64,000 nucleotides of DNA from Hypanus sabinus (Eukaryota): NCBI RefSeq assembly GCF_030144855.1, contig NC_082730.1, forward strand, positions 14,880,001 through 14,944,000. Reading direction: 5' to 3'. A program made the position numbers and the translations under genes. Every line of letters starts with the position of its first letter. Position 1 is the first letter of the stretch. This document shows, in pieces, positions 23,330-36,963 of this stretch. The notes beneath the pieces were generated by a model. The model was not told the origin of the DNA, did no database searches, and worked only from the letters and a program-made list of their open reading frames with translations.

Positions 23330-24135
23330 TGAATGTAAACTTTCAGAAGTGTGATCCAGTTTAGAGATCAGTTTAGAGATGCTGCAGAGTCAGAGGGTTA
23401 CAGGTTATGGGTACAGGTGTTTCAGCCCAAATCATCCCTGCTGACCACAGTGTCTTCCTGAGCTTCACCCATTTCCCTACATTTGGTCCACGTTGTTCTA
23501 AAGCTTTCCTGTAGATGAACTTGTCCAAATGTATTTCAAGTAGTGTATTTGTACCCACCTCCAGCACTTCCTTTGACCTTTTCCACACACACTGTTCTGT
23601 GTGGAAAACACTACCCCTCCCAGTCCTCTCACCTTCAGAGAAGTCTCTTTATTTTTGAAGTCCCTACTCTGCAATAAAGACTGTGATTATCCACCATATC
23701 TTTGGTACCCTTAATTTTTAAAGTGAGGTCACCCCTCAGCAGAGTTCACTTCAGGGAAAACAGTCCCAGCCTACCCATGACCCAAACTTTCCAGTCCCAG
23801 CAGCGTCTCTGTGGATGTTTTCTGTACCTTCTCTAATTTAATCACACTCTTACTCTGGACAAGGTGAAGTCTTGTCAATGTCCTTTACAGCTCTAGCATG
23901 CCGTCCCAACAGTACTTAATGCCCCACCCAATGAAGGAAAGCTTGGCATTTGCCTTGGTCACCACTTTGTCCAACTGTGTTGCCACTTTCCGGGACCAAT
24001 GTAGTTGCACGCCTCGTTCCCTACTGTGTAAGTTGTGTTTGTTTAATTTCCCAAAATGTATCACTTCACAGTGCCTGAGTTCAATTCCATTGGCCACTTC
24101 ACAGTGCCTGAGTTCAATTCCATTGGCCACTTCCC
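23330..24135 (-). mobile_element. Degraded CR1 3' fragment with a 33-bp tandem duplication
   Basis: CEVIHFGKLN..KVATQLDKVVTKANAKLSFIG. CACTTCACAGTGCCTGAGTTCAATTCCATTGGC occurs twice, at 24062-24127. Confidence 0.75.
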
Positions 24136-25495
24136 TAGTTTAAAGTTTAAAGTAAATTTATTACCAATCTATGTGTACCATAAACAATCTAGAGATTCAT
24201 CTTTTTTCAGATACCCATAAAACAAAGAAACACAACAGAATCCATGACAAACCACACAGAACAGAAACTAACAAACATCCAATGTGCAAAAGAGGATGAA
24301 TCGTACAAATAATAGGAACATGTAAACAAATGATATGTGGAACAGGAGTCGCAGAGTCCCTGAAAGTGCGTCCACACCTGCAGAGTCAGTTCAGCGCTGA
24401 GACGAGTGAAACGGGTCCAGGACCCCTGTACATCCTACTCAATGGTGGTAGCGAGAAGAGAAGTAGGTGATTCAAATTCAGGCCAGGGGGATGGACTCAA
24501 GTGGAAGGATTGTGCTGGTACAGTGTAATGTGGCTGAACACTGATTCATTTTCTAGAAATTCGGCAACTCTTTCCACTGTCCATCACACTACAGTGTCAT
24601 CCAAAACTTATCAAATATGCTACTTATATTATCATTACAAATGATTAATATTAATGGCAAATTACAGTGGTTAACAAATAACAGCACTGATCCCGATGGC
24701 ACACCACTGGTGATAAAGTCTGATGTTGTCAGAGGTCACGATCACAATCTGATCCCTTCCACTAAGCCTATTCAGTATCCATCCAGTTAGCTTACACTGT
24801 GGTCTTACATTATAGATCAGTCTATTATGAAAGATCTTGTCAAAAGCCTTGTTAAAGTCTATGGGCTAAACACCACTGTCCTGCTCTCTTCAGTCCCTTT
24901 GATTATCTCTTCTAAAAAACTCGGCCATATTTGTTTGAAAGAGGATGTCCCATGCACAAAATCCCATAGACCATCCCAAATCAGATCTTGTTTTGGCAAA
25001 TTCAGGTAGATCCTGCCTCACATAATCACCTTCAGTAAGTTACCAACCACAGATCCTGTGCTCCCCTGACTGGAATAGGATGGATCAGTAATCTATTGAC
25101 TCAGAAATGTGGAGACACACAGAGACATTAGTGGGCAGTGATAATGATGACTCAAATCAAATAAAAATCATTACTTGTGAAGAGCTGTGAGCACGAGATG
25201 AGGGACGATGCTGTTGTCTTCTCAGTCTATGTGGAATTCAATTATACCAATTGACAGTGTGGGCAGATTCCTTAGAACACAGCAACAGCTTTAACTAAAA
25301 CATCTTTATTTATTATTATTATTATTATGTTGTTTATCTTTTGTGTTTTTGTGCTGCATTAGAGTAACAATGGTTTCATTCTCTTTTACACTTGTGCACT
25401 GGAAATGACATTAAACAATCTTGAATCTAGAATCTAGAATCGCCTTGTGTAAATTTGATTTTACCTGACCATTTTCTGAGAAACTTCTCCCTCAG

Positions 25496-25816
25496 TTTCA
25501 GGTGCTTTATGGGCAGAAGATGAAGTGAGAGGAGTTGTTGGAAGAGCGGTCACGATCAATTGTCACTATGCACCAATATATCGCTCAAACCCAAAGATAT
25601 TTTGCCACGTGTGGGATATCAGATGCACATCCTTAGTGAATACAAAAGGACAAATTGAGCAGTATGGAAGAATGACAGTCAGAGATAACTCATCCCTGGG
25701 AATATTTACTGTTACAATGGAGAATCTTGTCTCTGAAGATACAGGGCATTATCTATGTGGAATTACATCATCTGACGATATTGTAATATTTGTCATGTAT
25801 CTGCAAGTATCTGATG
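25496..25816 (+). CDS. Ig V-type exon V3
   Basis: CTTCTCCCTCAG acceptor, G|GTAGGT donor, 321 nt. Reads SGALWAEDEVRGVVGRAVTINCHY..KIFCHVWDIRC..EDTGHYLCG. Confidence 0.9.
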
Positions 25817-27796
25817 GTAGGTCTCCCATTGATTGACTTTAGTTTTCCATTGAAGTGTCTGATTCATGTTTTCTCTGGGAAGTGTCAGGGCAGCACTGAT
25901 ATTCCGAGGCTCTGTTGCAGTGCAGACCTCTGTGGGGAGTGTACGGGTTCGGGAAACCCCACTTGTTGCTCTCACCCGGTGTGGGGTCTGACCCACTGGT
26001 TTCCAGTGGGATGCTCAGCACATTAGCCAGCTTCTGAACCGTATGAAATATCACTGTCAGTGGTTTGCATTCAGACTAAAATAATCTGATATTACCAGGT
26101 CATTGAGAAACAAGCGTTACACATAGTCTAAACACTTCAAAAAGCATAAGAAGGGAATCAGATCCAGATCACAACAGATTATGTTCAGTCCTCCTAAGGC
26201 AGTCTATTCCGTTTCCCATCCCCACTTCAGGATCAGTCACTCCCACCCCTACCCTGCACTCTCTCCCTCTGTGCTCTCGTAATCCACCAGCCAGCACCCA
26301 CTGACCAGCCGTCAGCCTCCCCATCCAGCCCATTCCTGGTTGGAAATAGCACAACGGGGTTAGAGAGAACTTGAGATGCAGTCCAGCACAAGAACAGACT
26401 CTTTGGCCCATCATGTCTACACTGACTGTGATATCATTCTGAACTAATTCCATCTTAATGCATGTGGTGCATATTTCTCTAATCCCTCCCTTTTCATGTC
26501 CTTGTCCAAAAGCTTCTTAAATATTGTCATGATATACCTTTCTACCAAATGATCTGACTGTGTTTCATGCAGTCACCACCCACAGTGTAAGGCTAACATT
26601 TATTCTTTATTTGATTTATTCATCGATTGACATACAGTGTGCAATACGTGTTTTAAGCCCTGTGAGCCGTGCCACCCAGTAAAGCCCCATATCTAACCCC
26701 AGCCTAAACCTCAGGTGATCTACAATGACCAATTAACCTACCAATTTCTAGGTCTTTGGACTGGGGAGGAAACCGGAGCACCTGAAAGAAACCCACGCAG
26801 ACAAATGCAAAACATACAAACTCCTTGCGCACAACAGCAGGAATAGGCACGGGAAAGACTTGTGCTAACCTTTATGCTACAATGTCACCCTGGTGACATC
26901 CTGATGACATCTTTACCCTCACATTTTACCCTCTCTGAAACCTCCAGATCTTTTCTATGGTTTTACCATCAGAATTACAAATTACTGTAAGTTGCAAATG
27001 TGTACTAACCAAAGTCTTTTGAAGCTACAAAATGCCTTGTTAGCTTTAGTTTCCGGTATGTAACATGAAGAAGGAAAATGTGCTAAATGCTTTCATTACC
27101 ATTAAATCCACTTGCGTTGTCACTTTCAGGGAGCAATGGACTTGTTTCCCAAGAACTCTCTGTACATCAATTCTAAAGAGATCCAGATATTAAATTCCAG
27201 GTGATGTCAAACTCCCCAAATGTATTAGGAGTGTTTGAAACCTCAGGGCCTGTACTTGCAGGAGCTTAGAAGAATGAGCACGGAAAAGCTGGTGGTTGTG
27301 GAGAGGATGTTTCCTATAGTGTGGACCTCTAGGACCAGAGGGAACAGACTCAGAAACAAAGGGAGATGAGGAGGAAGTTACTTAGCCAGAGGCAGGTGTA
27401 TCTGTGGAATTCATTGCCACAGGCAGCTGTGGAGGCCAAAGTGTTGGGTATATTTGAAGCAGAAATCAATAAGTTTCAAGGACACCCACAAGTGCTCCCT
27501 TTGCAAGTCAAGCTGTTGGATGCCATTCGGACTGTCTCCTTGCTGCTGAGAGAGATTGTTACTCTGATTTTCACGCAGATGCATACTCAGTGTCATCACT
27601 GTTGCCCTGATCTGGAGACCTGCTGTGTTCAGGGAAAATGGCAGACAAGGCAGTTCAGGAAGGTAGAAGGATGCAGAGAAACAGAGAGGTAGAGGAGCTG
27701 CTGAGATTCCAGATATGTGGGTCCTGGTTGAGATACAGGACTGCTGAAATTTTTAGTGTGTTTGATTTTCGTATGTTTTTTGGTTGTTTTCCACAG

Positions 27797-28117
27797 AACC
27801 CGTGTCTGTTCCGTTACTTCGATTTTCACCACTAACAAGAGGCTCAAGTTGTGGGAACTATGTGTCAGTGTTCTGTGAGCCTGTGCATGGATCCCTTCCC
27901 ATTCAGTACTCATGGTACGAAAAGACCCCATCTGGGGATTCAAAGATCTCTGATACCAATAAACTGGATCTACATTGTCAATCCTTAAAAGACAATAACT
28001 ATCTGTATTATTGCAATGTCTCAAATGGGAATGGAATAAAGTCCAGTGAAATGATCAGAATGTCCACCTCCAACAATGTCAGGAACTGCAGATATGTGAT
28101 TGAAGTCAACAGAATGG
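27797..28117 (+). CDS. Ig C2-type exon C3
   Basis: GTTTTCCACAG acceptor, G|GTAAGT donor, 321 nt, open. Reads EPVSVPLL..SSCGNYVSVFCE..GSLPIQYSWY..LHC..YYC..RNC. Confidence 0.88.
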
Positions 28118-29915
28118 GTAAGTAGTGCAGAGTTTGATTCGTTTTAATGTTCAATGGAGTACAACTGAATGACTGATGTGTACTGGATATTGTATTATTG
28201 GAACACAATATCCAATACACGTGGCTTAGATGGTAAGGGATTCTTGCTGCTTCGATACGCACCTGTGCCTGGGACTCGCTGCCTTGATTTGTCCCACACC
28301 TGTCCTTTACATTCTGGCCCGCTTTAAATCATTCAGACTATCTCTTCTTCCTCCCTCTCATTCTACCAACTGTTTTGGTCTGATGAAAGATGTTCTTGTT
28401 CTGGAAGGAAGCCAGCAAAGGATCAGCAGACTGATTTCTGGGATGTCATGAGTGTCACAGAACAGAGAAGCGGCTGATTAGGATTTTATTTGCTAGTGTT
28501 CAGCAGGGTGAAAGGTGATCTCAGAGAAACCTGCAATATTTTACCAGGCTGATACAAACACAGTTAGGACACTTCCATTACCAGGGAATTCTGGATTGTC
28601 AAGAGAATCCCAGCTCCAAGAGGATCACAAACTTGTTCTTAGATTTGGAGTCTTGCATGCCTCAATAACCTGTAAATGTATGTTGGCTGGAGTGAGGGCT
28701 TTATGCATTGGCTCTTTGCAGGGTCACCCATGCCTAAATAGGTCAAAGTGCAGAGGCCAGACTCAGAGTGATCCACCACTCCTCCAGGTTCGGGGGTTTA
28801 GCTTAGGACTAATAAACCTGTGTGGTAAAACAAAATGGTTATGGAAACAGGGATGTAGAATCCTTTTACTTCAGTGATTTATGGTATTGCTCTGTCTCGA
28901 TTCGGGACGTGCATGACTGTCAGCAGTGAAGACCAAGAGGAATCTGCTGACATGTTGAAGGAAGCCCTGAACAACTCCAGAGATGGAAAACTGCACTGCT
29001 GCCCTCAAGGCCAGTGGTATAATCGGCAGTAAGTAATTAGCATGGAGGATTAGAAATTATCTGAATGGTGAGACACTTAAGAAAGGGAATTAGGAAACAT
29101 TTCTACTCCCAGAATGTGTTGAATCAGTATTCAAGAAAGATGGAGTTATTTTTCTCAGAGGTAGACCCATCAAGAGATCTGGGAAACAAAAGACTTGCCT
29201 TTTCATTGAAAATGTCTCCTGCATTATCCTGTTGGACAAAAAGTGTACTTGAACCATTATCGCCCTGAATACTCAAGTACAGCTATGACCACATCTGCAG
29301 AGAGTGTTGGGGACCTAGAAGGAGATTTCCGGATGCTGGCTGAGGCCATCTCCCTGGCTGGACCCTTCCCTAATTAGACAGAATTAGAGACTCCTCATTC
29401 CAAGACCTTTAACTTCTCCAGATGCATCTCCACAACATCAGTTTCTGAGTATGGGGAAGAATCTAAGGCGTCTGTAAATGCAATTGGGTGCACAGTAGAA
29501 CAGCAACTAGTGATCAGTGATCAGGGCCCAATTCCAGCCACAGTCTGCAAGTTGTTTGTAAGTTCTCCCAGTGACTGCAGGTGTTTTCTTCGGGTGCCGT
29601 GATTTCCTTCAGCATTACAGAGATGCACAGGTTAGCTTTGGTAAGTCATAGGCAAGCTGTTCTGGCACTAGAAGCATGGAACACTTGCAGGCTGCCCCCA
29701 GCACTTATTTTGTGATGGTCATTGTAAATGATGAATTTCACTGAGTGTTCTGATGTACATATAGCGAAAAAAGTTTATCTTTGATATTTTAATGTGCATT
29801 AAGTATTGAACACCTTTGGACAACCATGCTCAGGTACCTATTGGTCTAAAAATTGTGCTCTTTTGTTCCTCTAAATACAAAACAGACAAAACTGAATTTT
29901 ATTTTCTTTTAACAG

Positions 29916-29998
29916 GGAAAATTCATTTCTGTGAAAACACAGTGACAGAATCGATGACAACTGCACAAAGAGAAAAAACTACTTCACCTGAAATGTAA
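29916..29998 (+). CDS. Terminal stalk/tail exon T3
   Basis: Strong acceptor TTTTATTTTCTTTTAACAG. Only the phase-1 frame is open: (G)KIHFCENTVTESMTTAQREKTTSPEM-TAA. Confidence 0.6.
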
Positions 29999-30639
29999 AG
30001 TATAAGATTCTCTCTACAGGTGGTTTCAATGTTACTGCTTGAAAATAGAGCCAGTTGGGAGAAAAATATGTTTCTCTTTAACTGGTGTTAAACATATTTG
30101 ACAGGATTAACGTTGATGAAATGATGTATTCCTGATTTTCTTGCATATGCATCAATCCTAAGATCAAAGATAAATTTCTTTTTCCAAATATTTAAAAATT
30201 GAAATATCGCAGTTGAAGCTCATGTTCTGAGTCATAAAGTGCTTGTTGTGTGTTAGAATAACTGGCCCATCAGCCTGACACATCCAAGTCAACCAAGATG
30301 TTCATGTAGTTCAGCACATTGAATTTTATTTATTCCATACCCTCCTCTGCCAGGGATTCCCAACCTAGGATCAAGTTGACTTGAGTGAAGTCAAGTTTAT
30401 TGTCATATAACTGTAGAATGCATACCATCAAATGAGACAATGTTTCTCCAAACAAAGGTGTAACACACATAGCACTTAGTAATATATGAAAGTAAGGATG
30501 AAATCTACAATTGGATTACACATAAATAAACAAAGGTACATAAATTAAGTATTAAAAGGAACAGGACAGATTAACCAGTGACACTGACTTCATGGACTCC
30601 TTAGGTGCGCATGGCATAAAAAGTTTGAAAACCCGTGTT

Positions 30640-31440
30640 CTAAGCCTTTGTTGCTCATGTATCTGTCAAAATGTCTTTTGAATGTTGTAAATGTATCCCT
30701 TTCTATGGATTGCTATGGCAGATTGTTGCATACACCTGAGACCTTATGTGTATAACATTGCTTCTTAGGTACTTACCCCACTAAACGGAAGCCTGCACCT
30801 GCTTGCTTTACCATACCCTCCCCTTGTAAAATGACAGTGATCATTCACCTTATCGATGCCCCTCATGATTTTATATACCTCTAATAAATGTCCGGTCAAT
30901 ATTCTAAGCTCCAGGGCAAAAATCACTGTCAATCCAACCCTCCATTGTGACTCTAGCCCTCCATCTCAGGAATGTCCTCATGATTTTTCTGCTCCACACT
31001 TTCCAGTCTCATGATATCATTCCAGTAACCTGAAGACCACAACTGCACATGCTATTTGAAGAGTGGTCTCACTAACAGCTTGTACAGACATAACATAACA
31101 TAACAATCTTGTACAGAGTGTCCAAACAAAATAAATGTTCCAAATGGCTTCTTCATCATCCTGTCTACCTGTTTCATCACTTTCCGGTAACAATGTCCCT
31201 GGATGACTAGATCACTTTTTTGTAACATTCTCCATAGCTTCCTCCTACTATTTACTGTACATGTCTTGCACTGTTTTAACTTGCCAAAAAGCAAAACCTC
31301 CAATTTGAAAAACCCCACGGCAATCCACTAACTCATTCCACCAAGCCAATGTTATATTCAATTTGTTTGCTCAGCCTGAACATTTGGGTCGTTATCAAAG
31401 GCCTTGCTAAGTCTCAGATAGACAACATCCACTGCCCTTT
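30640..31440 (-). mobile_element. CR1 3' fragment carried in each array unit
   Basis: KLEVLLFGKLK..QVDRMMKKPFG..LYKLLVRP. Copies near 37620, 44600, 49890, 56900 and 63890. Confidence 0.75.
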
Positions 31441-32620
31441 CCTCATGAATCTGCTCAGTCTGTAATGAGCTCATGTGATTGTCAAACTGCTTGCCCTGGG
31501 GCATTCACTGCAGGACTTCTTCTGGGTCTGTTGAAGATGTTCCACAGTCCAGATGAGAAAAAATTTTGACATGACATTAGCAACAGTGCAACAATGAATG
31601 TGGAAACTGGTGTGGGATTTGGGGGAAGTTGACTTTTGTAGGAGAGCTGGTTTTAAGCAGATACAGTGTTTCCTTTATTAGATCCTTCAATGGTGAGTGC
31701 AGCGAGATTTGTAGATATTAACTCAGCTTCTCCCCATATGCTGATTGGTAAACACAAGTGTTCATACATACATAATTATACTATTTGGATCTTTTTAATA
31801 ATTTATAATTTTTATGGATTTTAATTACTTTCAATGACTTGGTAAAGCACCCAATCTAACTGAAGACCCAACTTCCATTGACATGCTTTCTTGCTCTCCC
31901 CTCCTATTGGGCAGATATTACTGAAGTCTGAAAGCATGTACTACAAACTTCAAGGACAGCTTCTTTCTCACTGTTATAAATCTACCGGATGTTCTCCCAG
32001 TATAATAAAATGGGCTTTTGATCTTCTAATCTACCTGGGCTTGCACCTTACAAGAACATCCTTTCTTTTTATTTATTGAAAGATTTGGTCCAGAATAGGC
32101 CATTCTGGCCCTTCAAGCCACACTGCCCCTTTATAATCATGTTGACTATCCAAAATCAGATCTTGCCTTTGCATATTCAGGTAGAACCTGTCTCAGAGAA
32201 TTGCTTCTGGTAATTTACCCACCACAGATCTTTTGCTCACTAGCCTGGAAAGGGATTAGTTCAGTAATCTGTTGATTCAGAATTTTGGAAACACACTGAG
32301 ACATCACTGGGCAGTGATAACGATGACTCCAATCAAATAAAAATCGTTACTTGTTCTGAGGACATGATGAGGGACGATGCTGTTCTCTTTCCAGTCAATG
32401 TGGAATTCAATTACATCAATTGACATTGTGGTAGATTCCTTAGAACACATTATTTTTGCTTTCTTTATCATTTGTTTTTTTCTGTTTTGCTTCGGATCTA
32501 GAGGAACAATGATTTTGTTCTCCTTTACAATTGTGTACAGGAAATGACATTAAGTAATCTTGAATCTGCTTGTGTAAATTTGATTTTACCCATCCATTTT
32601 CAGAAGAATTTCTCCCTCAG

Positions 32621-32941
32621 TTTCGAGTGATTTATGGGCAGATGATAAAGTAAGAGGAGTTGTGGGAAGAGCGATCAGAATCGATTGTCACTATGCACCA
32701 ATGTACCGTTCACACACAAAGTATTTCTGCCGCATAAGGAGTCACCAGTGCACATCCTTAGTGAATACAAATGGGCAAACTGAGCAGACTGGAAGAATGA
32801 CAATCAGAGATAAGACATCCCAAGGAATATTTACTGTTACAATGGAGAATCTTGTCTTTCAAGATACAGGAGTTTACAGATGTGGAATTGCAACATCTGG
32901 CAAGACTCTGGTGATTGATGTGCAGCTACAAGTATATGACG
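32621..32941 (+). CDS. Ig V-type exon V4
   Basis: TTTCTCCCTCAG acceptor, G|GTAGGT donor, 321 nt, open. Reads (V)SSDLWADDKVRG..IDCHY..KYFCRIRSHQC..QDTGVYRCG. Confidence 0.87.
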
Positions 32942-33524
32942 GTAGGTTTCTCATTGATTACCTTTATGTCTCCAGTGAAATGTCTGATGCATATTTGTTC
33001 CAGGAAGTGCCAGGGAAGCATGGATATCCTGAGGCTCCTCAGCAGTGCAGACGCTGTGGGGAGTGGGCAAGGGTCGGGGAACCCCACATGTTGTCCGTCC
33101 ACTGACTGGCCAACAATTTCCACTGGAAGGCTCAGCACACTTTCCTGCCGTCTTATAGCACGTGGTCCACATCCCTCAAATCCCTCATTTTCATATCCTC
33201 GTCCAAAAGCTTCTTAAATATAGTTATGATATCCCTTTCTACCAGCTCATCTGACTGTGAGTTCCATGCAGTCAGCACCATCACTGTAAATATAACTCAT
33301 CTTGCAAACATTCTTTAAACGTTCCACCTATTGCCTTCAAACTATGCTCACTATTATTTGATATTTCAACCCAGGGAAAAGATTCTGACCAACTTCCCTA
33401 CTGAGACTTCTGTAACTTTAAAAACCTCCATCAGGCCTCTCCTCAGCCTACTATACTGCAGCAAAAACAATCCAAGTTGATCAAACTTCTCCCTGTAGTT
33501 TCAATCCGGGTAACATTTAGTCAT

Positions 33525-33602
33525 TTATTTATTTATCTATCTATCTATTTATTTGTTTGTTTGTTTATTTGTTTGTTTGTTTATTTATTTCATTTATTCA
33601 TT
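33525..33602. repeat. Compound (TATT)(TATC)(TTTG) microsatellite
   Basis: Present in units 4-8 (also about 40497, 46735, 52765 and 59793) with different lengths; unit 7 has an expanded TATC/TACC run. Confidence 0.9.
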
Positions 33603-33724
33603 GATTAAGATAAAGCGTGGAATGGACATTTCAAGCCCATAGAGCTGTGCCACCCCGTAATCCCCCAAACTTAACCCCAGCCTAAACCTCCGACAATCAG
33701 CAATGCCCAATTAACCTACCAACT

Positions 33725-33835
33725 TCTCGGTCGTTCGATTGTGGAAGGAAACTGGAGCACCTGAAAGAAACCCACACAAACATAGGGAGAGCATAGAAAC
33801 TCCTTACACACAGAAGCAGGAATTAGCTTGGGAAA
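33725..33835 (-). mobile_element. V-SINE/HE1-like core in the V-C2 intron
   Basis: GTGGAAGGAAACTGGAGCACCTGAAAGAAACCCACAC..AAACTCCTTACAC. Copies near 26755, 40710, 53010 and 60005; deleted in unit 6. A + strand relative follows each C2 exon (e.g. about 29520-29780). Confidence 0.55.
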
Positions 33836-34766
33836 GCCTTGTGCTAACCATTAGACTACAATGCCACCCTTGTGACATTCTGGTGACATCTTTACCATCA
33901 CTCTTTACCCTCAACTCCACATCTTTTCTATCGCGTTGCAATCAGATTTACAAATTACTGTGTGTCGCAAAAGTGCCCTAACCAGGGTCTTTTGAATCTA
34001 CAAAATGCCTTTTCAGCTTTAGTTTCCAGTATGGAAAATGAAGAAGGAGAATGTGCTGAATGCTTTCATTTACATTATATCCACGAGGGTGCACTTTCAG
34101 TGAGCAATGGACTAGAACCCCAAGAACTCTCCTCATATCAATTCAAAAGGGATCCAGACATTAAATTCCAGGTGATGTAAAACTCCCCAATGCACGAGCA
34201 GCATTTGACGCCTCAGGGCCTCTACTTGCAGGAGCTTAGAAGAATGAGCACGGAAAAGCTGCTGGTTGCGGAGAGGATGTTTCCTAAACTGTGGATCACT
34301 AGGACCAGAGGGCACAGACTCAGAAACAAAGAGAGATGAGGAGGAATTTATTTTGACAGAGACTGGCGAATCTGTGGAATTCATTACCACAGGCAGCTGT
34401 GGAGGCCAAATGGTTGGGTATATTTAAAGCAGAACTCGACAGTTTTCTAGGATAACCACCAATGCTGTCTTTGCGAGTCAGGCTGTTGGGTGGCATTTAA
34501 ACTGTGTCCTTGCTGCTGAGAGAGATTGTAACTCTGATTTTCACGCAGATACATACTCAGTGTCGTTACTGCTGTCCTCATCTGGAGACCTGCTGTGTTC
34601 AGGGATAATGGCAGACAAGGCAGTTCAGTCAGGTACAAGGATGTAGAGACACAGAGAGGTAGAGGAGCTGCTGAGATTCCAGATGTGTGTGTCCTGGTTG
34701 AGATACAGAACTGCTGAAATTTTTAGTGTGTTTGATTTTCGTATGTTTTTTGGTTGTTTTCCACAG

Positions 34767-35087
34767 AACCCGTGTCTGTTCCATTACTTCGATTTTCACC
34801 ACTAACAAGAGGCTCAAGTTGTGGGAACTATGTGTCAGCGTTCTGTGAGCCTGTGCATGGATCCCTTCCCATTCAGTACTCATGGTACGAAAAGACCCCA
34901 TCTGGGGATTCAAAGATCTCTGATACCAATAAACTGGATCTACATTGTCAATCCTTAAAATACAATAACTATCTGTATTATTGCAATGCCTCAAATGCGA
35001 ATGGAACAAAGTCCAGTGAAATGATCAGAATGTCCACTTCCAACAATGTCAGGAACTGCAGATATGTGATTGAAGTCAACAGAATGG
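34767..35087 (+). CDS. Ig C2-type exon C4
   Basis: CCACAG acceptor, G|GTAAGT donor, 321 nt, open; paralogue of C3. Confidence 0.87.
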
Positions 35088-36880
35088 GTAAGTAGTGCAG
35101 AGATTGATTCGTTTTGATGGTCAATGGAGTACAACTGAATGACTGATGTGTACTGGATATTGTATTATTGGAACACAATATCCAATACATATGGCTTAGA
35201 TGGTAAGGGGCTCCTGCTGCTTCGATACGCACCTGTGCCTGGGACTCGCTGCCTTGATTTGACCCATACCTGTCCTTTACTTTCCGGCCTGAAGTTTAAA
35301 TCAGTCAGACTATCTCTTCTTCCTCCCTCTCATTCTACCAACTGTTTTGGTCTGATGAAAGATGTTCTTGTTCTGGAAGGAAGCCAGCAAAGGATCAGCA
35401 GACTGATTTCTGGGATGTCATGAGTGACACAGAACAGAGAAGCGGTTGATTAGCTTTTCATTTGCTAGTGTTCAGCAGGCTGAAAGGTGATCTCAGAGAA
35501 ACCTGCAATATTTTACCAGGCTGATACAAACGCAGTTAGGACACTTCCATTACCCAGGAATTCTGGATAGTCAAGAGAATCTCAGCTCCAAGAGGATCAC
35601 AAACTTGTTCTTAGATTTGGAGTCTTGCATGCCTCAATAACCTGTAAATGTATGTTGGCTGGAGTGAGGGCTTTATGCATTGGCTCTTTGTAGGGTCACC
35701 CATGCCTAAATAGGTCAAAGTGCAGAGGCCAGACTCAGAGTGATCCACCACTCCTCCAGGTTCGGGGATTTAGCTCAGGACTAATAAACCTGTGTGTTAA
35801 AACAAAATGGTTATGGAAACAGGAATGTAGAATCCTTTTACTTCAGTGACTTATGGTATTGCTCCATCTCGATTCGGGATGTGCATGACTGTCAGCAGTG
35901 AAGACCAAGAGGAATCTACTGACATGTTGAGGGAAGCCCTGAACAACTCCAGAGATGGAAAACCTGCACTGTTTCCCTCAAGCCCAGTGGTGTAATGGGC
36001 AGTAAGTAAGTAAGCATGGAGGATCAGAAATTATCTGAATGGTGAGACACTTAGGTCAGGGATTAGGAAACATTTCTTCTCCCTGTATTCAAGAAAGGTA
36101 GAGTTATTTTTCTCAGAGGTAGACGGATCAAGAGATCTGGGAAACAAAAGACTTGCCTTTTCATTGAAAATGTCCCCTGCATTATCCTGTTGGACAAAAA
36201 GTGTACTTGAACCATTATCTCCCTGAATACTCAAGTACAGCTATGACCACATCTGCAGAGAGTGTTGGGGAACTTGAAGGAGATTTCCGGATGCTGGCTG
36301 AGGCTATCTCCCTGTCTGGACCCTTACCTAATTAGACAGAATTTGAGTCTCCTCATTCCAAGACCTTTAACTTCTCCAGATGCATCTCCACAACATCAGT
36401 TTCTGAGTATGGGGAAGAATCTAAGGCGTCTGTAAATGTAATTGGGTGCACAGTAGAACAGCAATTAGTGATCAGTGATCAGTGATCATGGCCCAATTCC
36501 AGCCACTGTCTGCAAGTTGTTTGTAAGTTCTCCCAGTGACTGCAGGTGATTTCTTCGGGTGACGTGATTTCCTTCAGCATTACAGAGACACACAGGTTAG
36601 CTTTGGTAAGTCATAGGCAAGCTGTTCTGGCACTGGAAGCATGGAACAATTGCAGACTGCCCCCAGCACTTATTTTGTGATGGTCATTGTATATGATGAA
36701 TTTCACTGATTGTTCTGATGTACATATAACGAAAAAAGGTTATCTTTAATATTTTATTGTGTAGTAAGTATTGATCACTTTTGGTCCACCATGCTCAGGT
36801 ACCTATTGGTCTAACAATTGTGCTCTTTTGTTCCTCTAAATACAAAACAGACAAAATTGAATTTTATTTTCTTTTAACAG

Positions 36881-36963
36881 GGAGAATTCATTTCTGTGAA
36901 AACACAGTGACAGAATCGATGACAACTGCACAAAGAGAAAAAACTACTTCACCTGAAATGTAA
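36881..36963 (+). CDS. Terminal stalk/tail exon T4
   Basis: TTTTAACAG acceptor; (G)RIHFCENTVTESMTTAQREKTTSPEM-TAA. Confidence 0.6.

Noticed and set aside
31642-31692. Possible 51-nt phase 1-1 mini-exon (ELVLSRYSVSFIRSFN) with a GTGAGT donor before V4
   Set aside because: Weak acceptor, no in-frame ATG, not leader-like, and the donor is mutated in the copies near 45665 and 50947.
32942-33105. V4-V8 ORFs read past the donor for about 54 codons and include IDYLYV, an ITIM-like IxYxxV
   Set aside because: A good GTAGGT donor lies at the domain end, there is no TM, V1-V3 stop soon after the donor, and conservation is explained by recent duplication.
34629-35009. Recurrent minus-strand ORFs of 60-130 aa over the C2 and V exons in every unit
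   Set aside because: Antisense shadows of the Ig exons or TE remnants, repeated only because the units are duplicated.
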